From the sequence record NC_027356.1: a stretch of 64,000 nt of DNA; one strand, 5' to 3'. Source of the DNA: Escherichia phage DT57C. A program made the position numbers and the translations under genes. Of this stretch, positions 52,428 through 62,398 are shown piece by piece. Position 1 is the first letter of the stretch. Every line of letters starts with the position of its first letter. The notes under the pieces are model-generated. The model was not told the origin of the DNA, searched no databases, and saw nothing but the letters and a program-made list of their open reading frames with translations.

Positions 52428-52909
52428 TACTTCTTACCTCCAGTAGCTAGGGAAGTAATTAAGTCCATGTAGTTTTGGTCCCCAGCTCCAGCAATAATGT
52501 TATTCTGGATATTGGTCTGGTTAGCAGGAGCACGGACAGCAGCTTTAGCTTTTTCTAACTCTACCATCATCTTCATTTCTTCCATCTTCATCTTGTGTGC
52601 CTTCCAGAGAATATCCATAATATCCTGGTCAGAACCCATGCCAGTTTCTTCTAGCTCCTCTAGTTTACGTTTAATAACTTCGTCTAGAACACCAAACAAA
52701 CGATCCCTATTACGGAATCCACTCTCCATAAAAATATCGTTTAAGTAGTTCTTAACTTCACTACGATTCATAATATCTCGAAAAGCAATTTCAGACATTC
52801 CAAGACTACGTGCGGCAGAAGGCACATCGCTGCCGCACTGTAAATAAGCTTCAATCACATCCATCCCTTCAGGGGACATAAGATCTGGTACTAATACATC
52901 ATTTGCCAT
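52427..52909 (-). CDS. putative terminase small subunit
   Basis: 160 aa; N-terminal HTH-like segment; coupled to terminase large subunit. Confidence 0.45.
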   Translation of the reverse strand: MANDVLVPDLMSPEGMDVIEAYLQCGSDVPSAARSLGMSEIAFRDIMNRSEVKNYLNDIFMESGFRNRDRLFGVLDEVIKRKLEELEETGMGSDQDIMDILWKAHKMKMEEMKMMVELEKAKAAVRAPANQTNIQNNIIAGAGDQNYMDLITSLATGGKK

Positions 52910-52919
52910 ATTTCCTCCT

Positions 52920-54680
52920 TTAGGTAAGGCGTTGAACTGTTACTCGTAGTCTCGGTAAGAAAACTGCTGAACCTAAACTAACGTGTAGTATAACACCTAA
53001 TTCTGCATTACCATTACCAAGATTTTTTATTGTATATATAAAACTATTTCTACTAAAAGCTCCGCTGTCTGGAGTATATTTATAAGCAGAGGTAGTATGG
53101 AAAGGTACTAACTTTCCAGGAGGAAGAACTAAAATTTGGTGAAATATAGCATCTCCTCCTGTATAACTTTGTGATTTTCTTCCTTGCACCTGAAAAACAC
53201 TACCATTCCACGTATTTACTGGTAACCCAGCAACATTAAGGTTACCAGATAGTATTTCACTAGTTAATATAACAGTAGAGTTATTATTTGGCAGACCTAA
53301 TCCAACTGTTGCTAGGGATTTATAAACATTACCAGTGCCTGGGTATGTCGGAGTAATATCGTTACCAATATAGGCGCTAGCCACGTTACCAGATAATAGG
53401 CGTAAAGGTACTGATGAAGGCCCCCAGACAACACCATTCTCATTACCAATAGTATTATTATTAGAGTTTACGTACCAAGTCTTACCAGCAGAGAACTTAT
53501 AAATACTAAGTTGTGCTCTTGTACCACTATAGTTGACTGGTGCCCATATAGATCCTTTATTGGAACATACAAATTCACATCTTCCAGTAGTATCCCCAAA
53601 CACTCCATCATGAGCAGCGTTTACTCCAATATACTCCATATCAGCACGAGAAGTTAGGTTTCCTAAAGCATTCTGATTAATAAACTTCCAACTAGTAGTA
53701 GATAACTTAACTCCCTTAATAGTAAAGTTGGACGGAGAAATTATTATGTCAGAACCCGTGAAAGGGTTACTAGAAACAGACATACCACCGTTAGAATACC
53801 TTAGGTTCAGTACATACCATATAACTTTTGTAGGAGTTACTCCGTAGCCATCTTGAACTATTTTTGTATTAGCTGATTGACTTGCTAACTTAGTAGCAGA
53901 ACCTCTACAAACATACCTATTTCCACCATCACTAAAGTGCTGTACTATATTGCTAGGAATTGTTTGTTTGTACCCAACATACCCCCTAATGTTAGAATTA
54001 CATACATAAAACCATTCATGGCCACGTTTACCAGCCCCCATTGGAGCCATCCAGTTAGGATTCCAATAGTACGTATCACCTGAAGATATAGGAACGGAAG
54101 AACTTCCTATAGGATACCCTAGTTGTTTGAAGGTTTCAGCTACAGTAGCACCCACAGGTGCACCACCCCCCGGTCTTACAACACCATGGTAAGTACTATG
54201 TAGTACAGTACCACCTGTACCACTTCTAGCTATAGATTCTTCATGCCCCAGAGAACTATTATAAGAATAAGTACCTGAAGCTAGACTATTCCCAAAAGCA
54301 AATCCAGCAGTTTGACTTAAACTAGCAAACGATCTATAGGGGTCAGCCTGAGTAGAAGAAAGAAATTGTCCAACTTGGGATTGAGTACCATTCAAGAAAC
54401 CACGATGAGTACCATTAACTTCTATAGCTGTTAGTATAACCCTACCAGGATCATTGCTCTTTAGGTTAACTATATCAGAAGGCATTTGGCATACATAGAA
54501 ACCATTCCCAGCACTACTTAATGCACTCTCATAAGTGCTTTCTACTAATACGAAGGGCATATCAGAATGAAAAATAGTATTAGTACTAGGGTTTTTATGA
54601 GCATTAATATCTCCACCACTAGCAGTATTTAGTGACAATACAGTTTTACCATCACTATATTTTCCAGCGAAAAAACCCAT
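52920..54680 (-). CDS. receptor-binding protein (pb5-type tail tip RBP)
   Basis: 586 aa; divergently paired with a lipoprotein gene, as oad/llp are in T5. Confidence 0.65.
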   Translation of the reverse strand: MGFFAGKYSDGKTVLSLNTASGGDINAHKNPSTNTIFHSDMPFVLVESTYESALSSAGNGFYVCQMPSDIVNLKSNDPGRVILTAIEVNGTHRGFLNGTQSQVGQFLSSTQADPYRSFASLSQTAGFAFGNSLASGTYSYNSSLGHEESIARSGTGGTVLHSTYHGVVRPGGGAPVGATVAETFKQLGYPIGSSSVPISSGDTYYWNPNWMAPMGAGKRGHEWFYVCNSNIRGYVGYKQTIPSNIVQHFSDGGNRYVCRGSATKLASQSANTKIVQDGYGVTPTKVIWYVLNLRYSNGGMSVSSNPFTGSDIIISPSNFTIKGVKLSTTSWKFINQNALGNLTSRADMEYIGVNAAHDGVFGDTTGRCEFVCSNKGSIWAPVNYSGTRAQLSIYKFSAGKTWYVNSNNNTIGNENGVVWGPSSVPLRLLSGNVASAYIGNDITPTYPGTGNVYKSLATVGLGLPNNNSTVILTSEILSGNLNVAGLPVNTWNGSVFQVQGRKSQSYTGGDAIFHQILVLPPGKLVPFHTTSAYKYTPDSGAFSRNSFIYTIKNLGNGNAELGVILHVSLGSAVFLPRLRVTVQRLT

Positions 54681-54705
54681 ATAATCTCCTATTATAAAAA
54701 TGTAT

Positions 54706-54734
54706 TTGCTTTTATCTCTCTATTTTGCTATAAT
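54706..54734 (+). promoter_or_regulatory. T5-type sigma70 promoter for llp
   Basis: TTGCTT, 17 bp, TATAAT, downstream ATAAATTAGAAATGGAGAGA. Confidence 0.65.
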
Positions 54735-54765
54735 AGATTCATAAATTAGAAATGGAGAGATAAAT

Positions 54766-55032
54766 ATGAAAAAGTTTGTAATTGCACTAGTTGCCACAGT
54801 TATGTTATCTGGTTGTGCACCTGCTCCCAAACCATTTTGTACGGGATTTGTAAAATCTTTTGGTGGTGCGGGAGAGGAACATTACGGTCTCAAGGTTCAA
54901 AAAGTTCGTATTAAGGGAGATCGCTTTCCAGTAGTACAGCTCCGTACTAAGTTTGGGTGGTGGGATCTCAGTCAGTTTGACCTTAAATATGGTGATTGTA
55001 AATTTAAACTAGAGCAATCTAATTACCTGTAA
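54766..55032 (+). CDS. llp: lytic-conversion lipoprotein (Llp-like, receptor-blocking)
   Basis: 88 aa; signal peptide plus lipobox MLSGC; small Cys-containing mature part; divergent from the RBP gene. Confidence 0.7.
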   Translation: MKKFVIALVATVMLSGCAPAPKPFCTGFVKSFGGAGEEHYGLKVQKVRIKGDRFPVVQLRTKFGWWDLSQFDLKYGDCKFKLEQSNYL

Positions 55033-55208
55033 TTAGTATAAAACAAAAAGACATCCAAGTAAACTAAATTTTTTATTTCTTGGATGGTATATTGGCATAA
55101 ACCACTATGTAAGAAAAGTAGAAGTCCTTCTAGGAGTCCATAAGCACGGTTGGTTATGCACAAATTGTAGAATACTTTAAATATCACATTTATAGGAGCA
55201 TGAAAGAT

Positions 55209-55337
55209 ATGTCAAACAAGAGAAAAAGTAGACGCGGAGAAGTGTATGAGAGTTGGGTTAATAGTTTTGGACTTGGGACTATCCTATTTTTTATTTTCGT
55301 AGGTTTTTGGTTGGCAGCTATGGCGGGGTGGATTTAA
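55209..55337 (+). CDS. small membrane protein (42 aa)
   Basis: RBS AGGAG; basic N-terminus then one hydrophobic helix; TAATG coupling to the next ORF; below the ORF-track cutoff. Confidence 0.35.
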   Translation: MSNKRKSRRGEVYESWVNSFGLGTILFFIFVGFWLAAMAGWI

Positions 55338-55444
55338 TGGAATGGGTAATTGTTACATTGCTAGGGATTGTGATTATTGGGCAATGTATTTTAGATAATC
55401 ACTTAGCTAGAATTGAAACTTTACTAACGGAGAAACGTAAATGA
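55337..55444 (+). CDS. small membrane protein (35 aa)
   Basis: hydrophobic helix VIVTLLGIVIIG; ATGA coupling to the next ORF. Confidence 0.35.
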   Translation: MEWVIVTLLGIVIIGQCILDNHLARIETLLTEKRK

Positions 55445-55635
55445 TGGAAGTAGTAGCTACACTAATAGTAATACAAGTCTGGGCAACTTTCATTGTTTCT
55501 TATAACGCGTATGTTCGCCTAAAAACTCTAGAGGCTCAAGTAAAACAGCAACAAGTTACTCTAGAAAAGCTAGTACTACTGCAACGTTGTGATAGTACCC
55601 GCATTTTGCAAATTGAGAGGGAATTAGATGTTTAG
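55441..55635 (+). CDS. small membrane protein (64 aa)
   Basis: N-terminal hydrophobic helix followed by coiled-coil-like segment. Confidence 0.4.
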   Translation: MMEVVATLIVIQVWATFIVSYNAYVRLKTLEAQVKQQQVTLEKLVLLQRCDSTRILQIERELDV

Positions 55636-55873
55636 TATTATACTTGCTTTTATTATCGGGGTGCTTGCGGGAATTTTCGGAATGACTGCGGCTATTAACA
55701 AGCATCGCAAATATATCGCGGAAGTATCGCGGGAGATTGCGGAAAGGGAGCGGAAGTTTGACGAGAAACGTGCGGAGTTCGAACGGGAGTGGAGTGATGG
55801 TTCTCGGGCGTCGCGGAAGAGATTTCGTGAGTTTAGACCTGAACATCGGTTTGATGACCATTCTATGCGCTAA
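55628..55873 (+). CDS. small membrane protein (81 aa)
   Basis: N-terminal TM helix IILAFIIGVLAGIFG then highly charged Arg/Glu-rich tail. Confidence 0.4.
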   Translation: MFSIILAFIIGVLAGIFGMTAAINKHRKYIAEVSREIAERERKFDEKRAEFEREWSDGSRASRKRFREFRPEHRFDDHSMR

Positions 55874-55985
55874 TTGGGAAATCTCGAAATTTCATAAGAT
55901 TACACATGGAGGTGTGCTCACCGCCGGAGGCGAAAATACTTAGTCTGCTAACCGCCACCCCCCGTTACTATTACTCTGCTAACTA

Positions 55986-56018
55986 TTTCACCTTGCAACC
56001 ATTTTAATTGCAAGGTGA
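55986..56018. terminator. bidirectional hairpin terminator between convergent operons
   Basis: 12-bp perfect stem TTCACCTTGCAA/TTGCAAGGTGAA. Confidence 0.6.
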
Positions 56019-56038
56019 AACAAATTCAACTGTAATTA

Positions 56039-56773
56039 TTACGCTACTTTTAATTTCTCAATATATTGTTGTGGGCTGCAACTATATTCTGCGCGCTCCT
56101 CCTCGGTCATACCTTCCCAACATAATTGCAAGCGGTCGGCTAGGAACTGATAATCATTATCATCTTCAAGAGATTCATCAATAAAGGTTTCGCCGATCAA
56201 TGTGACGCCTATTGATAGAATATCGTTAACGGCTTGCGCGTCCAGCGTTTTAAATCCATATGCCGCCGCCGCTGATAATACGCCTTTATGATCATCAATC
56301 ATCGTGAAATCAGCGTTCGGATATAGCTGTTTGAATAGCTCAAAATAATGGCTTTTATATATAGCGTCTTTACTGTGGTATATTTCGCTAACCTTATCAG
56401 CCGTAAAATATTTGTGAAGTGTATCGCGGGAAAATACGCGGATATTGCTATTCCCACGCCCTCGCAGACCTTGTTTGCGCAAATAATAATAATCCGACTT
56501 ACTCATCAGGCGAGCGGTGCAAATAATGTTTAACGTGTTGGCGTCATTCATGCATTGGCGCATATAGGTAACGAGCGGCAAAAGCGTATCCTGCATTATT
56601 AACTCATGTTTGCACGCTTCATTTTTATACTTATTTAAATCTAAATCGCCTTCAATATCAAAGCAAGGCGCTACACGGTGGGCGGAGTTAATGATCGTGC
56701 CGTCCAGATCCCAAATCATTACGCGGGAAATATGCGGGTAATTGCGGGAAATATTCTTTTTATCTTGATTCAT
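56039..56773 (-). CDS. dmp: 5'-deoxyribonucleotidase (HAD family, T5 Dmp-like)
   Basis: 244 aa; HAD motif I DLDGTI; size and position match T5 dmp (memory). Confidence 0.7.
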   Translation of the reverse strand: MNQDKKNISRNYPHISRVMIWDLDGTIINSAHRVAPCFDIEGDLDLNKYKNEACKHELIMQDTLLPLVTYMRQCMNDANTLNIICTARLMSKSDYYYLRKQGLRGRGNSNIRVFSRDTLHKYFTADKVSEIYHSKDAIYKSHYFELFKQLYPNADFTMIDDHKGVLSAAAAYGFKTLDAQAVNDILSIGVTLIGETFIDESLEDDNDYQFLADRLQLCWEGMTEEERAEYSCSPQQYIEKLKVA

Positions 56774-56847
56774 TTTGTTACGTTCTCCATTAAAGGGATT
56801 AAGTTAATTTAATCCAGCCCATACAGTGGGCTGGAGTATTTCAGTCA

Positions 56848-57249
56848 TTAAAATACCAGACCATAAGCCAAAGCATCAGCGATAACAGTAATATCCTCGC
56901 CAGATACACCGGAACGAATACCGGCGCATGTAAATACCTTCGCGCTCATTAACTGATCATCAAGACAAGCGGGGCAAGGCGCGACAACTGCGAAAGCTAA
57001 ACCAGCTTTTGCGGCGTCAATAATAGTCGTTTCTTGTTTCATCGTATCAATGTAAACGCCTTTCGCCTTGATGCGGCTAGATAGCTTGCCCGTGGTGTAG
57101 GCGAAAGTAGTGATCTGTAGCGCCTCATTAAATTCGATTAAGTCATCAACAACGTGCCCCGCCTCGACGTGATAGCGCTCACCGGTAGAATAAACTAGGA
57201 CGATTGCAGACTGCGCGCGATCGAATGGGATACGGTTGTAAGTAGTCAT
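56848..57249 (-). CDS. pre-early hypothetical protein (133 aa)
   Basis: ORF with the conserved pre-early leader/RBS motif. Confidence 0.45.
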   Translation of the reverse strand: MTTYNRIPFDRAQSAIVLVYSTGERYHVEAGHVVDDLIEFNEALQITTFAYTTGKLSSRIKAKGVYIDTMKQETTIIDAAKAGLAFAVVAPCPACLDDQLMSAKVFTCAGIRSGVSGEDITVIADALAYGLVF

Positions 57250-57318
57250 GCGTATAACTCCAATTAATTTAATAAACTTTTATGGCGGCGGTATATTTCG
57301 CCCGCCCGCCTGATTTAT

Positions 57319-58983
57319 TTACGCGAAAAATTTGCCGTTTTTAAAGTCGATTAACGTGCGCTGCCCGTTTGCATATGTAATTACATGCGTTTGCGTCCAG
57401 CTTGATGCGCCGACGTTGTAGCCCATATCGAGGCTGCCCGATACGCCAGCAGTATATACGCCGCCGTAAATGCTGGCGGTATGGGTGTGCCCCGTGTTTA
57501 ATTTGCCCAACTTTTTAAATTGCTTCGGATTGCCGCGGCTCCCGTTGATGCCGTTGTGACCGTGTACGCCGCACTCAATGCCTGCAATCTTGAATGATTG
57601 ATCAGTCGTTAGGAATATGGCGTTAAACTCACAGCCTGCAACCTTGCGCAGCGCATAATCCAGCACGTTGAAAGTATCGTCATTTTCTGCAATAGCTCCA
57701 TAGATCGCGGCGTTGAGGCGGTGATATAGCTCTGCGTTTGCTGGATCGTCTTTAATGTTAGCGTTGCGATCATCCAGCCAACGGGATAACGCCAGATCGT
57801 GGTTTGACTCAACAATGATTGTTTGCGAGAAATCGCGCTCCATTGATTCCAATACACGCCCCGTGTCGATAAGATCATCTAAAACCTTATCACGTCCGGC
57901 GGCGTACTGTTTTGCTAGGAATACGCCAGATGCGCGATTGTGGTGGTTGCGTGATGTAAAGTCATGCACATCATGCACGAACTGATATTTAGGTTTAAGA
58001 ATATCAAGCAAACTATTTTCGCCCGCCCATGACGCTTCAGCACACGCCTTATCTAATTTTTCAGCGTGCACGTCGCCATACTGTAAACCTAAAACATGCC
58101 CCGATGTTTCATAACATCCGGCGGGAGTGGCGCAAATATTCAAATCATAAAAAACGCCGGTTTCATCCATCGTCTCAAGCTGGCGAACAAAAAATGCCCC
58201 GTCCTCGTCAAACTCGACAATCAGCGCGCCAAAGTTATGTAACGCTTCGGCCTTTTGCCCTGCTTTCTGCTGAATGTAGTTTTTTAGCGTTGCCGCTCCC
58301 GTTGAGTACATACGGCGCACTACTTCACCTTTGAGCGCTGGAACGCTTTCTGCGGTGATTTTAGCTGCTCCAATTGCCAAACCTTCAAGATCAAGCGCTG
58401 TTGCAGTCTCAGCGAATCCAGAAAGCGGGTAGTCTGCCGTTGGCAAAACATTAATCTCAGCCATGAAAGCAAAGCGGCGACTATTTAAAAACACGTTTTT
58501 ATTACAGATATATTTATCAAAAGCGGAATCATATTTGATCCCGTCCGCACCTTCTCCATTCTGGAATCCTTTTTTGTTATAAATGAACTTGCTAACCAGC
58601 AAATCAGCGCCGATAAATTGGGCGTAATGTTCAAGTGAGGCTAAAAAGTTTTTATGCGGGAACGTGTTGTTCTGGATTGATGTTATAATGAAGCGTTTGC
58701 CCTGCTTTACTTCCCACTGTTCAACCGTGCTAGAAATAATTCCCGCCGCCTCTGGGCGCTCGTCGTTTTTAACGGCTTTTGATGCTTTCGCCTCTTTTGG
58801 TTTCGCTGGTTTGTTTGCTTCCAGCCAATCACAAATTGCGGTCGAATGTTTTGCCGTATCGTACACCGCTTTTGATATATCGTCGCAGACTTCCAATCTA
58901 GTAGCGCGCAGACGTTTACCGTAAAAATTAAAATCAGCGGCCAGCTTCAGGATAACGGTTTGTTTTTCTGCGGAAATAACCAT
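57319..58983 (-). CDS. A1: A1-like pre-early protein (metallophosphatase-fold nuclease-like)
   Basis: 554 aa (T5 A1 is about 556 aa, memory); metallophosphoesterase-like motifs GDVHAE, GHNG, GHTH. Confidence 0.65.
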   Translation of the reverse strand: MVISAEKQTVILKLAADFNFYGKRLRATRLEVCDDISKAVYDTAKHSTAICDWLEANKPAKPKEAKASKAVKNDERPEAAGIISSTVEQWEVKQGKRFIITSIQNNTFPHKNFLASLEHYAQFIGADLLVSKFIYNKKGFQNGEGADGIKYDSAFDKYICNKNVFLNSRRFAFMAEINVLPTADYPLSGFAETATALDLEGLAIGAAKITAESVPALKGEVVRRMYSTGAATLKNYIQQKAGQKAEALHNFGALIVEFDEDGAFFVRQLETMDETGVFYDLNICATPAGCYETSGHVLGLQYGDVHAEKLDKACAEASWAGENSLLDILKPKYQFVHDVHDFTSRNHHNRASGVFLAKQYAAGRDKVLDDLIDTGRVLESMERDFSQTIIVESNHDLALSRWLDDRNANIKDDPANAELYHRLNAAIYGAIAENDDTFNVLDYALRKVAGCEFNAIFLTTDQSFKIAGIECGVHGHNGINGSRGNPKQFKKLGKLNTGHTHTASIYGGVYTAGVSGSLDMGYNVGASSWTQTHVITYANGQRTLIDFKNGKFFA

Positions 58984-59080
58984 AATATTAAAACTCCATT
59001 AAAGGGATTAAGAACGTTTGTTATTGGCAAATATTGCCAAATATAACGCTGCTTATTAACAGCGTTATAATTTGCAATAC

Positions 59081-59326
59081 TTAACTGATCGGCATCAGGC
59101 TAGAACTAACACCACAAACAACGGCGGTAATAAAACAAAATAAGCCTAAACGCTTTGCTAACTTTGATTTGCGTTTAAAGTAATATGAATCCAGATCATT
59201 CTGGAAATAAGCGAACAATAATGAGGCCGCTACAATAAATAAACCTAGAATTAACGATTCAGTGGGATAAAAGATCATTTTAATAATTCCAGTTAAAGGG
59301 AAATTATAGTGGGGAATATTCCCCAC
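59081..59326 (-). CDS. small membrane protein (81 aa, two TM helices)
   Basis: two hydrophobic segments. Confidence 0.45.
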   Translation of the reverse strand: MGNIPHYNFPLTGIIKMIFYPTESLILGLFIVAASLLFAYFQNDLDSYYFKRKSKLAKRLGLFCFITAVVCGVSSSLMPIS

Positions 59327-59335
59327 TAATTAAAT

Positions 59336-59752
59336 TTATTCACCTGCGGATTGTTTTACTTCATCTGCTACGCCTAGTAATTGCGCTACGGCGTCCAGCG
59401 TTTCTAATTTTGCGCTTTCCAGACTTGCCAGATCGTCGGCGTCTTTGATAATGCCGGAATCAATGGCATGTTTAGCAATAACGCGCACATAATGCGCCTT
59501 GCGGATTGAACTACCGCCGCCAACTTTGCGCGGTTTATCGCTTTTCTGATACGCTTTTGCGCTGGTCAATTTTGAGCGAACAGACACAGGGGAAGTAGCG
59601 CCCACTGTTTTGGCGATCTCTTTCAGGCCGTCGCTGTTTGCGAACTCTAAACCGTTTTCATTGATTAATTGCTGATACATAGAAACGGCTTTTTGGGTAT
59701 TTTCTTCATTCCATGCAAATTTTGCGGATTTTTCGGTTTTAACGTTAGTCAT
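59336..59752 (-). CDS. pre-early protein with KL(T/R)K-G module; possible A2-like DNA-binding protein
   Basis: 138 aa; module LKEIAKTVGATSPVSVRSKLTSAKAYQK related to repeats of 11674..12441 and 8378..8788. Confidence 0.45.
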   Translation of the reverse strand: MTNVKTEKSAKFAWNEENTQKAVSMYQQLINENGLEFANSDGLKEIAKTVGATSPVSVRSKLTSAKAYQKSDKPRKVGGGSSIRKAHYVRVIAKHAIDSGIIKDADDLASLESAKLETLDAVAQLLGVADEVKQSAGE

Positions 59753-59809
59753 GGTATAAACTCCAATTAATTTAATTTAAGGGATAAGATTAACATAATG
59801 TTAATCGTT

Positions 59810-59839
59810 ATATTTCCCCAATAGTTCGGGGAAATATAA
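59810..59839. promoter_or_regulatory. 11-bp-stem hairpin preceded by 15-bp palindrome TTAACATAATGTTAA
   Basis: TATATTTCCCC/GGGGAAATATA inverted repeat between two pre-early genes; palindrome at 59791-59805. Confidence 0.4.
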
Positions 59840-59852
59840 AGTTAACACTAAA

Positions 59853-60104
59853 CTATGCTACAGCTTCCAATTTTTCGTTACGTTGAACAACTTTTACAAC
59901 GTCGCCAGATTTAACGCGAACACTAAAAACGGTTTTTCCGTTGTTGCTACGTTCCGTTTCTGCATATACTGCATCAATTACATCGAACGGCATGAGCGCC
60001 GCGCCTTTGATGCGTTCGGCCTTTCCGGTTGCCTCGTCTGTTTTAGTAACGAAAGGGATGAAAACGGATTGACCAATTTTTGGCGCGGTGATAGCGTTTT
60101 TCAT
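59853..60104 (-). CDS. pre-early hypothetical protein (83 aa)
   Basis: ORF with conserved leader/RBS; promoter-like TTGACG, 17 bp, TAAAAT upstream on the minus strand near 60305-60335. Confidence 0.45.
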   Translation of the reverse strand: MKNAITAPKIGQSVFIPFVTKTDEATGKAERIKGAALMPFDVIDAVYAETERSNNGKTVFSVRVKSGDVVKVVQRNEKLEAVA

Positions 60105-60341
60105 GGTATAAACTCCAGTTATTTGATGGATTGTTCCGCATTACCTGCTAAAAAATAATAACAGGTAATAAGAAAAAATCCGCTCACCGTTAAAATCAAT
60201 TTAAGGAACTCCACACAGGCCGCTATATCCCGTTAGGGGGCGGGGCACATTATGGCAAGTACCGGCCGTCAAATTTTACCAAGTTATCGCTCTTGTTGAA
60301 TCGGGTACATTTTAAAGCCTATCGGCTAGGGCGTCAAATTA

Positions 60342-60509
60342 TTTTTCGTTTTCTTTTAAATTAGAATTCTCCCAACTGAATTGCATCTCGCAAAATATTT
60401 TCCCATCTTTATGATGGTAAGCGATCTCGCTCCCGTGGTTAGCACAGAAAGCGATCACTGCCTCAGCTTGTTCTACCGTGATATTGTTGGCCGTTTCTTT
60501 GATTTTCAT
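60342..60509 (-). CDS. small hypothetical protein (55 aa)
   Basis: translated codon by codon; strong RBS AAGGAGA 6 nt upstream of ATG; below the ORF-track cutoff. Confidence 0.4.
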
Positions 60510-61135
60510 ATCGTCGTCTCCTTATAAGGTTAATAAGTTTGCCGCCGATGGGCTTTAAAATGCACCTGATTTTTAAAGAGCGCGGCGGTAAACTTTCCGC
60601 CGTGTAGTTCGTCATTGCCGCCCTACGAGATAAATAATAGGGAATACCCAAAAAAGGTGCAACCTTAATTTTGTAAAGAAATGTAAAGAAAGCAAATACC
60701 CGCACCGCGTCCGGCGATCGCCCAAGTTTAAAGGAAACAGGCGCGCGGATACCATAAAACCGAGCTGATTGGCAAGTAATTTTTTCATTTTTATTTGCCT
60801 TGCCCTACTTGACAAAACTTAAAAAGCTCGTGGTGACGATAAACGGGCTATCCCTTTATGATGGGATACCTGAAAAATTTACCGCGTTGTAGGACGTTTT
60901 AGGCCGCTTATCTTCGATTTAACAAATATTTAACAAAAGCAAAATTGAAAAATAGTTTGAGAAGGTATTGACTTTTTAAAATCAAGACTAAACGAGTTAT
61001 TTTAAAAAATTAATTAATTGACTTTTATTTGTTGTTGTGTAGTAGAAAGATAGCAGACTAATAATTGCTAGAATGATAATCATGCTGGTGATTGTAACAG
61101 ACTGAACTATTAGCAGACTACTGATCCCGGAAAAT

Positions 61136-61175
61136 CTCATTAGCCAACTAACTATCTCATTAGCCAACTAACTAT
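61136..61175. repeat. 20-bp direct repeat, 2 copies
   Basis: CTCATTAGCCAACTAACTAT twice in tandem. Confidence 0.8.
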
Positions 61176-61185
61176 TTCATAAGTT

Positions 61186-61365
61186 ATAATAACTATAAAA
61201 ATAATCACCGTTAAAATAATCACTATAAAAATAATCACCATTAAAATAATAACTATAGAAATAATCACCATTATAATAATCACCATTAAAATAATCACTA
61301 TAAAAATAATCACCATTAAAATAATCACTATAAAAATAATCACCATTATTATAATCACTATAAGA
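61186..61365. repeat. 15-bp tandem iteron-like array, 12 units
   Basis: alternating ATAATCACCATTAAA and ATAATCACTATAAAA units. Confidence 0.9.
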
Positions 61366-61401
61366 AACTATCGGCTTAAGTGAGAACCACTATCATTTAA
61401 G

Positions 61402-61510
61402 TTATCCACAACGTTATCCACAGCACAAAATGATTTGACACGATAGGCGGCGATATAAAGATTTATCCACAGACTTATCCACAGGTTATCCTACTGTATA
61501 TTTATCCAGG
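61402..61510 (+). promoter_or_regulatory. DnaA-box cluster A (4 perfect TTATCCACA plus 2 degenerate)
   Basis: TTATCCACA at 61402, 61414, 61463, 61475; variants TTATCCTAC and TTATCCAGG. Confidence 0.7.
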
Positions 61511-61880
61511 GTAAAAAGATAGTGTTTACAACTGCAATCAATTTTGAGCGGCCTAAAACGCTTTCTAACGAGCTGATCGCTGTAGGGTAATATTAAAGTA
61601 AAGCCTTTACCCGTCGGCCTAGAGGCTTCGCCGTGTTTTGCTCTTTACTGCACCGCTGCGCGGTTAGCATAAAACTAGGTGTTAGGCAAGAAAAATAAAA
61701 AGTAAAGTAAACGTTGCCCCTAGAAAGAAAATAATTTTACCGGTAACATCGAAAGCGGGTAATAATTAACCTAATGTAAAGTTTTGTAAGGCCCGCCATA
61801 ATCAGCGGCCTTTTTTGTTATACTGCCCTTACACCGTTTAAGGACGGTTAAAAATTTCCCGAAAAATTTGGAGGCTTAAA

Positions 61881-62060
61881 ATGGTTATTTTTCGATCTAT
61901 TCTGGCGGGTATCTTGGGCGCTATTTTAACTCTATTTGCTACCGCTTACGGTATTCAAGATTCTTATTGCGGTTTAGTAAATACTAAACCTATGGTTATT
62001 ATTGGCGCGGGTATCGCTGTTTTTTCTTATTTGCTGGGCTGCATGAATAAAGGAGAATAA
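61881..62060 (+). CDS. small membrane protein (59 aa)
   Basis: RBS GGAGG; two hydrophobic segments; first ORF of a coupled small-gene cassette. Confidence 0.4.
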   Translation: MVIFRSILAGILGAILTLFATAYGIQDSYCGLVNTKPMVIIGAGIAVFSYLLGCMNKGE

Positions 62061-62062
62061 AA

Positions 62063-62275
62063 ATGATCCGCAACGTTTCTCTTGCTCGTTCCAAAGGTTT
62101 TAAGCTGGTGGATGTAAACACGTTCGAGCGTCCTGGTTGTAAAATCGAATATATAGCGCGGAATAAAAACGCTTTCCGCGTTACAGAAAAGAGATTCGAT
62201 AAACGCGGCAACGTGATAGCTGAAACGGTTAAATATTTTGCCACCTTTTACGCGGCCTTTCGTGGGGTATTATGA
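62063..62275 (+). CDS. hypothetical protein (70 aa)
   Basis: track ORF; RBS AAAGGAGAA upstream. Confidence 0.4.
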   Translation: MIRNVSLARSKGFKLVDVNTFERPGCKIEYIARNKNAFRVTEKRFDKRGNVIAETVKYFATFYAAFRGVL

Positions 62276-62397
62276 AGAGCGTTGTTATTGTTATCCTTGC
62301 AATGGTTGGCGGTTTTACCACCACCTTGTTTAGAAATGATCCTCTTTTGCTAGGGATCTTTATGCTTTTATCTGGTTATCTGATCGGGAGGTTATAA
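62272..62397 (+). CDS. small membrane protein (about 41 aa)
   Basis: ATGA overlap with the upstream ORF; hydrophobic; my manual reading of this stretch disagreed by 1 nt with the ORF track, so coordinates are approximate. Confidence 0.25.
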   Translation: MKSVVIVILAMVGGFTTTLFRNDPLLLGIFMLLSGYLIGRL

Positions 62398-62398
62398 A

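Noticed and set aside
61152-61358. 68-aa minus-strand ORF (MIIIMVIIFIVIIL...)
   Set aside because: Pure artefact of translating the 15-bp tandem array; the periodic low-complexity peptide has no start context.
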